Of a stretch of DNA of 64,000 nucleotides, positions 35,810-48,600 are shown piece after piece. Both the position numbers and the translations under genes were made by a program. The stretch covers positions 1-64,000 of the forward strand of contig NW_003314409.1 in NCBI RefSeq assembly GCF_000143415.4. The letters are read 5' to 3'. The notes under the pieces are model-generated. The model was not told the DNA's origin, searched no databases, and saw only the letters and a list, made by a program, of their open reading frames with translations. The DNA is from Selaginella moellendorffii. Taxonomy: Eukaryota > Plantae > Lycopodiophyta. The stretch's first letter is position 1. Every line of letters begins with the position of its first letter.

Positions 35810-38529
35810 GAGGGAAAAACATCAGGAACTCTTCAAGTATAGTCCCCACTATTGCCTTTCCTCCACACATGGCTTGGTCCCCCCAAGTCATGAACAAACA
35901 ACAAGTCACTTGAAAGTGCTTTTCCATTACAACAAGCCTATTTCAAATATGTAGTGGAGAGTATAATAATTGAAGCTCCTTTTCCAAACCACACATATTT
36001 AACACCACCATACTCCAATGAAACATGCTTAATACTCCATTTTATCTCCGGATCCACTTTCACCAACCATGGCATCCCAAAAATGAGATCCACACAATGA
36101 AGACCGTGAGATAAAAAGTCTCCACAAGTGTGGTTTTGCCAACCAACAATTCCAGCCCTTCTACACAAGTATCGAAATGCTAAGTAGAGGTAGCTACACC
36201 TTTCACCGTGTATGGAAAAACTCCTCATGTTACTAGGCCATGCTCCTCAACAAACTTTGTGGAAACAAAGTTGTCATCACTCCCACTGTCCAGTAAAATC
36301 CATACTGGACTACCACGGAACATGCCTTCCAACATTAAACCTGAAGCACAAGTGTCCTCGGCCTCCATCTTGTTCCACACATAGTTAAGTTAATGAGCAA
36401 TGATTGAAAACCTCTTCCTTCGACCAGAATAGTTGTCCCTGTCATCCTTGCACTACAAAGTTTGCAACTTCTTAATATCTAACTTACCGTTAGTAAAAGA
36501 TTGGCCATTCTTGTTGCCCTGTGGTTTGCTTTTCACTGTGGACAATCAGCCTTGTAATGTCCCAGCTCGCTGCAATGATGACAACCTTGTCTATAATTCT
36601 TCACAAAGAATTTCTACTTTTTCGACCCCTATGTACCCGAAGTAGCCACCATAGACTTCAGCTTATGATGTTTATTCCCATCCTTGTGTTTACGATGATC
36701 ATCACGATGATTCTTAACAGAAGGACTCCTCGAACACTTGTGAGACTTATACTTCTCATTGTCAAGTCGATGAGCAGCATCAAAGAGCTCCTCCAAACTC
36801 TTTGTAGGCTGAGAATGATGCAAGTGTTGCCGCATGCTCTCACTATGAAAGCCATTAATGAAGTAGAATTTGTTTTGATCTGGATCCTTTGTTAGAACAC
36901 GGCTGATCAAGCGAGTCAGCTTCCCAATATAGTCCCCAAACTTTATTTTCCCTTGCTGAAAATATCGAAGTTTAGTGTAAGCATTATCCACGTCATAATG
37001 AGGGGCAAAACATAAATAGAAAGCAGCTTCAAACTCATCCATTGTAGACACTAGTGATTTCTTATCTGCAACACAAGACTCCTCAAGCTAATTCCACCAC
37101 CGAAAACCTGCATCATACAACCTGTATAATATGCACCCACATCACAAACCTTTGTAATGTGCACATTCCCACATAAGGAGTAGTGGCTGTCCATGGGACA
37201 GGGCTTGTCTACCAGTCCCAGAACTATTGAGTGTTGCAGCCTCCATGAGGCAATTTCTTGGGTGATTTGTGCCCTGTGCAGTATGAGAAAGAAGTGACGA
37301 TTCACAGAAGAATTCTAGAAACATGGAGCTCAATCTTGGAAATGTGATCATGAGCATAGCAGGAAGTTTTGAGCAAGAGGACCTTGGTCTCTTGGAATGC
37401 AATGATCACTGCAAATGCCTAGAATGGGTGTCTTTTGAAAGTGCTTAAGCTGTTGGATTTCATTCCGGCACCTTTTGTGAATGCATTGATCACCACCCAT
37501 GGCAGATCAAGGATCCTAGCTCAAGCAAGAATCATGTTTGATCAAATCTTGTGCAAAACTGTGAGCTCCTGATCACCCATGATCTAAGGACAATCCAGCA
37601 AAACCTTATTAAATCTTTGCATAACTTACCTTTATCAGTGTCTTAGCCACGCCAGCCTGACAAGCAAGATCTAGGAGAACTTTTATATCAATCACTACAG
37701 CCACTTGATTATATTGTTGCCCATTGCATGGAGAAGAAGCTCAAACTTCTTCTATCACTGTGATACTCTACTATGAGGAGCAAGTAAAAAGTTCCTTGTT
37801 TTCTGTTTATGGACATGCTATAAAGACAAACACATCAGACTACTAAAAAAAAGTGAACTTTTTTACTAGTAATAATGTTCTCAAAGGAAAGTTTGCAAGA
37901 TTTTAGTATTGCAAGAGTGTAGGACTTCTTCCTTATATTCTTCACTATTTGCTTTAAGCTTGCTATACAAAGAATAAAATTGATAAGAAAACATTAGTTG
38001 AACTCTTTGAGAGATAAACAAGAAGTACTAAAATTCTAAATTATATATGAATAAAAAAAATTGCTATGCATTGCATGTAGCAACGCTTGGTTTGCTTAAT
38101 ACTAGTGTTATTATTACTTATTAATTCAATTGATCAAATAAAGTTTATAATTATAAGCATGTTTGTAATTTATATATACAAGATTCATTTTATTGCATAT
38201 CAACCATTAGATGGTAGAAAAAAAAGAATATACTAGAAAAGGTTTAAGAAAGTTTATAAATTATAAACATGTTTATAAATTATAAATACAAGATTAATCT
38301 AAATGAATAACAACCGTTAGATGGTAGAATATCCTAGAATATCCAAGCATATTTTAGGTATATCCACTACCATAGATTTGCTTAAGCAAACAAAAAATGT
38401 ATTAAAATAAGTATATAAATATAGAAAATTATATCTATTTGAGCAACTCTCCTCCATATCCTGTAGTGCTCCTCCTGTAACAACTCTCTTCCACATTGTA
38501 CTTTTGTCAATCCTACTCTTGAATTTTTC

Positions 38530-38725
38530 AATTTTTTTTTATTTTCATCAAATTGTTCTTTCTCACCCTCTAGCTCCTCCAAAACCCTTTGTGCATTGAG
38601 TCTCCTCCAGCTCCTCCAGCACTCCTCCTATAGCAACTCTCCAACTCCTCCAGCACTTCTCCTGCAACAGCTCTCCTCCAACTCCTCTAGCACTTCTACA
38701 ACAGCTCTCCTCTAGCTCCTCTAGT
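38530..38725 (+). repeat. Degenerate CT-rich minisatellite (CTCCTCCAGC-like)
   Basis: Repeated ctcctccag/ctcctctag/caacagctct units. Confidence 0.6.
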
Positions 38726-38931
38726 AGATGGCTATGCCATGGCTAAGGTAGTGCTAGCCATGGCCAAGACCTTGTGCCACCATGGCTGTGCTTGCTATGG
38801 GCCATTGGTGGTGTAACTTTGGCCCTAGCTGTATGGTTATAGATACCACAGCCAAGGACAACATCATTGACAATCAAGGTTGCCAGTGGTTGTGGTAAGC
38901 TTGGCAAAACATTATCTTTTATGTTGAGAAA

Positions 38932-40731
38932 GGACCAATTCGCACATTTATTTAGTGAAAAAAAACTTAAGCGACCCACTTTAAAAATTAAGAAAGTTGG
39001 GTTCGCACATTGAAAAAATTCGTGTTGCAAAGTAAACTTATAAGGACTTTTGCATTCGCACATGTCTTAGATTTAAGTGGAAAAACACCCTCGGATTCGC
39101 ACTTAAAAACAATGCATTCGAACACTTAAAATTCACTTAATTCAAATTTTGAAATTTCAAATTCAAATTCAAATGTTTAGAATTATATCCCGGCAAATTT
39201 CAAAGCAAACACGAACGCCACTGGCAAAGACAGAGGGAAAACATGAGGTTCTCTCTAACCTCTTTCGCATCCTCTGGACTGTGCAACTCCTCACGAGGCT
39301 CCCCTTCCGCTTGCTCGGGACCACCGTAATCGGCAAAGAGGTCCTGGTCCTTGAGCCTTTTCACCTCTTTCCTCCAAGCTTGGATCTCTGCCCGAAGATC
39401 AGTCTCCCCAACATTAATCAAGAAATTGTGCAAGATGCAACAACTCTTGATGATGTTGGGAAGGTACTTTGGCTGGATCCTTTGTTTTTGATCCAAGCAT
39501 CTGAACTTCATTTTAAGAAGTCCAAATGCTTGCTCAATAACAATCCGAGCAAGGTGGTGATGAAGGTTGAAATCTGCCTTGGATGGTGTCGGGTTTGGAG
39601 CTGAGCAACAACCAAAACAAGTGAACAAAAGAAAGTAGAATGAAGAAGACTTACTTGTGTGTGGAATCATCAGATGCTGCTGGCGTTGTACCCTTTGTCC
39701 CCCACTAGGTATGGCTTGATCCTATCATCATATGCTAACATCACGGGCCCCTTGCTACAATCTTGTTCCTGAGGGTAGAATTACAAAAAACCCTCATGTT
39801 GTGGACGCGTCCTGAAAGCAAAAAGAACATTTTAGAACTATCCACAACACACAAAGAAACATACCTGGCCACCCAGCGTAGACACTGAGGAACTCTTCTG
39901 GGCATCACAAACCCCTTGCAAGATGACCACGTACCACTGCTTCCTGTCGTAGTAGCTCTCACCGTCCAGTCTAGTAGGTCGGATGATCTCGGAGTACAGT
40001 CAATCGCCCCAGCAACATTAGGCAGTCGGGTTCCTATTGGTCATCAAAACTTATAACAATCCAAAAAACATAAGAAAATGTACCTGTCACTTAACGAAAG
40101 CCAGCAGCAACAGCTCTAACCTCCTTGGCAGTTGAAGGAAAATGAATCTTGTACCTGAGACACTTGACAATCGCCACAGTAGTGTCCATGAGCTGTGGAC
40201 TCCCCGATGCCGAACTTGTCCGCCAGATCCAAGTAATCTGTGTTCTTGAAAAGCTTGTACAAAGTTACCCCCAGTCAAACATCCACCGGCACCACACTCC
40301 TCCAACCGGTATCTTGCTTCCAGATCTCGCTCTCCAGCATGCCACAAATGGTGAAGAAGGTCCTCTTCTCCATCTGAAGTTCCTCCCAATCACAGCCCGA
40401 CGAACCTCAAGTTCACGGTCTTCTTCCTCAGGCAGCACTTGGAGACCGGGGCTCTTGTCATCCGCAATGTGCATGAAAGCTTCCTAATTGAAGAAAAGTC
40501 GCAGGCATGCCAAACCCTAACCTAAGAATCTTCTCGAATATTTCCGGAATTAAATTTGGTCGGGGTTTTTGAAAATTACTTAAATTCGCCTTTTTTTTGT
40601 GCGAATCCAAAATACTAATAATTTTCCCATAAAAAATAAGGGTAAGTACATTACTTTAGCTTAAGTTATTGTGCAAATAGGGAAAACGTAAATTTTGAAC
40701 TTTAATTTTTAACTCATGTGCGAATTGGTCC
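38932..40731 (-). mobile_element. PIF/Harbinger DNA transposon copy 2, 1.8 kb, degenerate nuclease gene
   Basis: 16-bp TIRs GGACCAATTCGCACAT / ATGTGCGAATTGGTCC. Subterminal TTCGCAC repeats. Same nuclease motifs and introns as copy 1, with frameshifts. Confidence 0.87.
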
Positions 40732-42692
40732 AGAGCTAAACTCTTATAAACATCTCTAAACATGCTCATTTAATTAACCGCTGAACAGTCACCTATATAC
40801 TGTTGATTACTGTTCTTATGCGCTACGTTGAAGAACAAGCAATCAGCTAATGCCTCTGTCAGATGGTCTGGTTCTTTCTGACTTAACCTGGGTAGGAGCG
40901 TGACTTCCATATCTTCAACATCTCTTTTGCTATTCCATCATGGACCTTCTTTGTGTTGAGAGGAGCAGTGCCAATCGATTCCTTGTTTCTAGTTACCACC
41001 CTGTCTAGGCAAGATCTTCTGCAGCTGAGCTCTGAAGAGGAGGTGCCAGCTCTGGTTTCGTGGATATAAACCTGACACAAGCACTTTGAAGAGAAGAGCT
41101 TTGGATTGAATTCCTGGGTGTGGCACATTCCGAATAACTGAATTCCACTCTACTTTTGCCCGGACTTTGCACCCGCTGGAGTTGCTAAAGTTTCTACATA
41201 TGTCGTTGGTGATCAAGTGTTGGTGAGTTATCAGGTGTTGCAGATCCAAGGTTTTTGCTGCATAGGTCCTTATCACATCGTCCAACAAGTTGGTCCACAA
41301 ATCTATGTGGTGACACTCAATGCACAACATCAAGAGAAGATCCATGTGAAGCAGTTAGCTTGATATTGTGTGTGAACGGATTGATGTAAGGATTCTACCC
41401 TATATTCTATGGTAGATATAGATAAACTCAACAAGATTAGAATACACTAACTTTTTAATAATAATAAATTAACAATTTTTAATGTGTACTTATAGTAGGA
41501 GTGAGGTGTTATTATATTATGAATCCCACAAGATCAAGAGTGAGAGGTGTTAATCACATTATTTATATGCTCATATGATCCTGAGGTTTAGGGATATGGG
41601 GGAGTAACATCCCAGGTAAGTTAGAGGAAGGAAAAAAAAGAATTAATTAGAGAAATTAGAGTATAAATGTGAGTTAAGAGTTAACACGAGTTAAGAGTAA
41701 AAACGTGATGTAGCAGCTTAAAAGAGGGAAGTAGGAATGCTCGGATGGAGTTCCACCAGGTAGAAAAGACAAGTCATACCTCAAGCCTCGGATTGCTCCC
41801 AACCCCTGCCTCCACCCGGTTGCCTACTTTAACCACGAACCACCCAGCAGTCTTGGCGCACAGGGATGACATCAGCCCTAAGCTCTTGCTCTCCTACTTC
41901 TGAGCTGCTAGCAGCTTCTCCCCTCCTTAAAAAAAAAGGTCTGTTGTTCTCTTGGAGTTCAAGAGGCATCCTCTTCACCGTCTCCTCTGTTTTTGCTAGC
42001 TAGTTAGCTCTTACAAGAAGGAGCACAAGCCAAGTTCAGCTCCATGTCAGCTCTATCATCTCCTCTTTAAGACACCTCACCTCTTTGAAGCCATTCAGGA
42101 GAGCTAGCACGCTTCACGTCTAGACGTCCCCCCCCCCCCTTTTTTTTTCGCGATTGTCTCTTCAAACTCATCATACTTATTTAACTCACCAAACCTTACC
42201 AAGCCGAGTGCAGGTTTTGAAACCCCATGAGTCACCTTGGCCTTTTTCCATCTTCAGTTAAGCTCTATTTCGTTAAAGTGGGAATTGTCATTATCCCACT
42301 TGTAAAATAAGGTTTCCAAACCTTTATATAGTATATAAATATAACAAAATTCAACTGCATTGAGGCACATGCCATTTTATTTTAAACAAGGAAATGTCTA
42401 CTCAATCCCCCCTGCCACTGCTTCACCTCTCTCTTCTCCTTGTCATCGTCATCCAATTTCTTTCCATCCTTTTAATATTGGCTCAGTTGCTCCGAGTCTA
42501 GGTGGAGCCCAAGTCCCCATTCAATCTTTACTTTCCCCTTATTAATAAAACAACTTCGTAGACTTCCAATAACATGCTGTAACACTTCTAATATAATGCA
42601 AATCCTCTCAAAGAATTGTCTTTTAATATTAATACAATGGCATGGAACCCCATGCCATAATAAGTTACATTTTTAAATAAATACATGCCATC

Positions 42693-45600
42693 TCAGACTG
42701 TTATTTTTTGCCTCCAACGCCTATACAATAATCTTGGAATTTCATCACTCTCCACACTATCAAGAATTAAACCCAATAGTAATGCCATCTCTTCTCTAAT
42801 ACGTCCACGCTCATGTTCAGTGGTCGAAGAACCCATCCGGTTGAGCAGATTATGGAGATGCGGATAGTGCTTGGCTAGACAATATACATGCCATAAATGA
42901 TGACTGGTGTCTGTCCGATCAAATGGCTTCTGATATACCGTTCCATCTGCCATTTGGTTGATTTCTGCAGCCACCTCCTGGACTGGCCGGTTCTCTATCA
43001 CCATCGCTTCAAGCCGTTTTGCAAGGTCCCCCAGAACATACGGTTTCTTCTCCCTAGTTTCCATACTGCAAGAGATGGGGTGCACTGCATATGTGTGCGT
43101 GTTCGCTGCAGTTTTAATCGGCGAGTCATCGATGATGAGGATTTCACTTGACCTAGCAGTCCGGTTCATCACTACAGCCTCTGCCTTGACGAAGATGGGC
43201 TTGCTACCCCTCACATGGACCATAGTCAAGCAATCCTCCTGCGTTAGGAGAAAGTCAAATGGTAATATTACTCGTGTCTGATCGTGCATCATCTGTAGCA
43301 ACGTTAATGCATTGTGGCGCATCATGGATGTCCAAACTCCCAATTGCAAATTGAACCCGGCCCTCTGTTTTAAGTGTCGCATGGTCATTATTAGATCCCG
43401 CAGTTTCTCCCGTGTGATTAATGTGAATCTGTCTCTTTTGACCAACTTGCGACCGCAGGCTTTGGAGGGTGCAGTGACATTCGAGGACGAGCCACGCTCA
43501 TGGGAGAAAAGGACACCGTTCAGATCAAAAATGATATAGTACTTTCGCCGTGACTCTGAAATGAAATGCGTCAGCATAAAAAATGGTACAAGTCAATTTT
43601 ACCATCTACAATATTAGCGAATGGTGCTCCCAATGGTCGTTCAGAGGGTTTTGGTCGAGGAAACGTGAAGGGCGGAAATACTCTCCTCTGCAATGTGGGG
43701 TCAATCGCATCCGATGGCGTGTGGGCACATGCCATTTCAGCTGTAGACTCTGGTACAACTGGCTCAACAGTGGCATGGGGTGGTTCCGATGGCGTGTGAT
43801 CACACGCCATTTCAGCTGGTGCCTCCGTTGGCAAAGTGGACATGACCGAACAGGCAGCAGGGGCGGTGTAGGGAGGTTCCAACGGCGCGTAGTCAGACGA
43901 TTGGGCACACGTTGGAAATGAGGATACGACCGGCTCGGCGGCTGGGGCGGCCTCATGCGGGTCCAATGGCGCCTGGTCACCGTCAGTTGGATACGTGGAT
44001 AAGATTGACTCAGTGGTATGGGCAGCATCAAGTGGAGCGTGGTCAGCTTGCTTGGCGTTGATATGGATAGTAGCCTCCACCAGCTCTGATGACTCTTGCA
44101 GGCAAGTAGAGTCCACTGGCGGATCCATATGCATGTCCAAATATCTCCCTTCGATTGAGATGGTATCCTCCCGTGCTACTAAAAACAAACTCATTAGCAC
44201 ATTGAATCGACTATACTGTATTTACCATCAACTGCTATTGAGGAACTAGGACCGATATCACTTGGGCGCACTGCTGATTTTGAAGGATTGGACATACGTT
44301 TCGACCCTTGCTTGGCACTATCCTTCCTCGACACTAAAGGCTAGAGTTTGTATCTTAATTCAACTGAATAATCTCTACTTACCATTTCTTCTGCGACCTA
44401 CATGGACAATGTTAGAAATGGTAAAAGGTTAGGAATGGATGTGCTATTATTTACCTGATGGTTTGTCTTGTATGACCTTCCTCCGCTGCTCTTTGGCCAC
44501 CTCAGGCTGGCCATCGTCGTCATCATCGTCATCGTCGTTATTGTGATCGTCACCATTGTGAGGACCATCCAAGTCCTCTTCGTCCTCCTCTTCTTCATCC
44601 TTCTCTTCTTCGTCCTCCTCTTCTTTGTCCTCCTCTTCGTCCTTCTGCTCTTCCTGCTCATTATCTTTCTCTGGCTCCTCATCCCCCTTTTGCATTTCTT
44701 CCATAGGCTGCTCAGGCTGGATGGCTTGTTTTTCCAGGACCATCTTGGGAAAATCATCTGGCCGAGTCTCCATCTCAAAATACAAGACATCCATAGCTTG
44801 TTTTAGTGCGTGACCTAGGACCGTATCCTCACCCGACTGTCTTAACATGGTTTCTGCACGTCCTTGCACCCTTCGAAGACGACGAGATGAGAAAAACGTG
44901 GCCCTGACTTGAAAAGCATCCCTCATCCATTGTACCTCTCCATTGAGATTGGGGAAGGGGAGTCCGCCATAGGAATCTGAGTCAGAAGGTGGTGACTGGC
45001 TCCTTTCACTCAGCCCTTGATCTGCAATGAATGGCATGAGCACACACGCCATAACCGCGAGGCATTACCTATCATCTTTTCGTTGCCCTTCTTCCTTTTC
45101 GAATCAAACGCCTCTGATCCCGACGACTGTCCAACGTGCTTTCGCTTTTTATGACCACTGTCAGTTTGAGCTTGGCTGGTGCTTGCCTGTTTTGCCTTTG
45201 AAGAAGTGTCTTCTGCAAGGAATGGCATGAGACCACACGCCATTGCAAATATAATTTGTACCTCCTTTTTTCCTATTGCTTGTCTGTTTGTCCTTCTTCG
45301 ACGCGCCACCAGTGCGCTTTTCAGTCCTCGTGTCTGAATATTCACAACGATCTATAGTCAAAATGGCGTGAGGCCTCACGTGACCTTACCTTGTGCAGGT
45401 TGTGACCTCGGCCTAACATCAGTAGCTGTTAACGCCGTTTCAGCATCTGGGGGTGGCCACGCTCCTGCATACAGAGCTTGTGAGATAACATTTAAACTTA
45501 AAGTGCGTACTCACCAGGTTCGTAGAGAAGATACTGTTTTTCTTTGGAAACTGTAATTATATGCTCCATTGAAGTCACCTCTTCAATGGAGTTTGTCACC

Positions 45601-48600
45601 GCAACACACGGGACACCCTTGAGTAGTGCGGCTCGAAAGAATAGTCCGCCGCAGTTGTACTCGACAACGCATTTGCCCTTGGAGTCACCCGCTATTGCGT
45701 TGAAGACCCAGCTGAGCATTTCCCATGCTGCACCTGGAGCTTTCTTTGGATTCGAAAGCTCCATAGCCGTCTTCAGTTCCTCAGGCACGGGTAAATTGAC
45801 CTCCCTCAGATCAATTCGATCGGCTTTGTTGAACGAAGCTGGGAAGTCACTCCAGTCCCACTCTGCTGCAGGACCAATAACAAGGGCGACTGTGAAGATG
45901 CGGACATTCGTCGGTATCTTCTTCTTAGCCATTATCCCATGGATCTCCCGCATCTCCTTGCCTTTCAACCGAGCCTTCACCTCGTTCAAGGCCTTCCAGA
46001 ACTTGTGATAGGATTCGGAGTCGTAGATCATATAGTGGACTGAAGATTCCACCTCCGCAAGTCCCACCATTAAGTCAATGATGGAGCTGACTTCGTCTGC
46101 ATGAGTGATCTCCTCGTTTGTGAAGTCCATCACACAAAAGATGTTCTTGACCTGCTCATCTCCGCGGGAAACGATGCTCCTCCACCTTTGATCCTCATCC
46201 GAATTCACGTATACCCGGTAAGGTTCTCGATAGGCCTCTGCTGCGGGGTCGAGCTGTTTCTGAAGCCGGCGGTCGACATCCCTCTTAATGAAATTTGGAT
46301 ACTGATCCAACTTCTCAGCTTTACTTTTCGTGGCATCCCACAGCAGATCGATGAACTTGGGGGCCCCCTTCACGTACTCGTCGATGTCTTCATTTGACAA
46401 GTCCAGCTCTTCCATCATCTCTTGCGTGGTGTCGATGCTCACCCTCGCCACGGCCACTTGCTCGAAGATCCAATCCTTCAATAGCGCACGAGCTCTCAGA
46501 GTCGTGCACAAGTCCTCGTATGTCACAATATGGCCGGGAGTCATTTTGGTCTTGTTGAAGACTACCTCACCACGTAGAAGAGCATTAGCCACTGTCAGAA
46601 GGTCGTCGTCGTCTAGAGACCGCGAGAAACGCAAGGCGTTGAGCTTCAAATCATTGGGCTTCCGGCCGTCCTCCACACCCATTGAGTTTAGCAACTCCCC
46701 GTCATGGTACCTCCTCAGCACATCTACCCATTTGTCAAAAACAACTTTTGTCGCGAGTAGAATGTTATGGATGCTGAGTGTGTCATTGACCCCCAGTGTT
46801 TTCGAGAGAAGACTCGAGAATTCCTGCAATGGAAATGGCGTGAGGCCACATGCTATGCCACATGCAACGAGGCTTACCTGCCAGGCGCTAGTTGCTAGTG
46901 CACGTCCTTGTCCTGGTTTTTGTGGCTTCTTCAGTTGAACCCAGAGCTTCCGTGTTCGTGCCAATGTGTAGCGCACCTGAATTTGGAGCCAAACTCCAAG
47001 CCCGTTGCGCTACGAAACGAGGGTCCGGTACAATCCCACGAGCACCAGCTCCCCGTATCCAGCACCTGCACGCAAAATGGTGTCAGACGGAGTCTGGCAC
47101 AATTTTGGCATACCGGTGGCCTAACGCAAGGAGGAGGGTACTCCACCGACTAGAGCAGCGTGGAGCTTGGGCTTAGACCCAAGCCGGACGCAGAACAAGG
47201 AGCGACACAGCCCAGCGGGAGCCAAACTAATGTCTCAGGTGGTCGGACATGCATTCCAACCACTATCCTTACTATACATTTGAAACCCCCCACAGCCCCC
47301 CCCCCCTTGAGGAACACACGCTTTGGGCTTTCACCCCAAGCCTCCCTTAGTACCAGGAGTTAGTCTCTGGGACAAGCTCGAAACTTACTAAATATGGAAT
47401 GGCGCTAGATTGCGAATTTGGGCACGGGACGAACACCATTGTGTTCAGGCCGACCTCTACATTCCGTAGATATGCCAAATGAGCAAATCTAGACACTTTC
47501 CATAAATAGCATTTGGGACCGAAATGAGACTAACACAAAGGGCATGATAGCGAGGGTGTTTGGCAGACACGGTAAGCTATCATCCGGCGTTATTGAGGGA
47601 CTAATCTCAATACGCGAGGGTTCTTGTCACTAGCCAGTGCAAGACATAACGAGACGGGAACTCCTTACCGGGCTAAGTATGCTTAGCTAATAGCACGTAG
47701 GAATTCCGTCCTTATGCTCGTCCGGTCTAAGTACACTCGAAATGCCCAGTTAACTCCACTAGCACAAGAGGGGCTACTAAAGGGATCCAACTGTACCGAT
47801 CTCCTGCCGTCATGGCAGTAAGGAAAGAGTGTCCGTAAGGACTAGCCGACAAGTATCTTTCAATACCCGAAGTCACATTCGCGACACTCTCCCCCCCTTA
47901 GGGAAGATCGACGTCCTCGTCGATGCATACCCGAGTCTAGCAAACCGTCAAGGAAACAACTCCGAAAGTTAACGGAAAGCACACTATGTGGGAAACACAC
48001 CGACTTAAATGAGTTATGGGATGACCTCTCCTCTACGTCCAAAGACGTTAACACTCAGACACCCTCCGGCCGTCACCGACAAGGAAATGACTAACAAAGT
48101 TAGCCACCCTTGCTGCTCCGAGTACCACTCGGCTTACAAAGGAATGATACATCCCTGCCTGCAGGGACATAGGGAGAAGGCAAAAAGCCCAACTTCCCCT
48201 GAGCAAAAAATCAACCCCGTCGGGAAGATTTAGATAACTACTAGAAACTGGCAGATTAAGTTGTTTACATGACCACGCCCCTTTTCGAAATGAGTAATCG
48301 AGAGAGAGGCGGGGACTTGTGATCAGTCTATAATAGTTATCCCCATGGTTATGGATTGGACCCATGCACCGAAGTGCCGAAGTCAGCCTGCCAAAACTGA
48401 CCCAAGTACTAATGAACGAGAGAAACGACACTTTGATTTATAAAAATAAATTACTTTATTGATTTGCAAGATTTATTACAAGGTTTACAAAAGCTAAGTT
48501 TTATTACTATTCTCATACTCCGTGACAAGCTCACGAGCATGTGTAAGATTACTAAGAGGTTCCCAAGTTGATTCACAAGTCGGGTAACCTTTCCACTTAA

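Larger units (their letters stand above)
30530..37430 (-). mobile_element. Decayed chromovirus-type Ty3/gypsy (gag, PR, RT, RH, INT) interrupted by two insertions
   Basis: gag 36629-37051; LLDSGSDDNF ~36270-36300; DLRSGYHQI and FLDDIL; YEQELLSIVHAL; YHDCPEASHFG, FMDFITCLP and GPYEVLE..VAY. Confidence 0.85.

Noticed and set aside
40883-41345. Minus-strand ORF pair
   Set aside because: Possibly a gene relic, but nothing identifiable.
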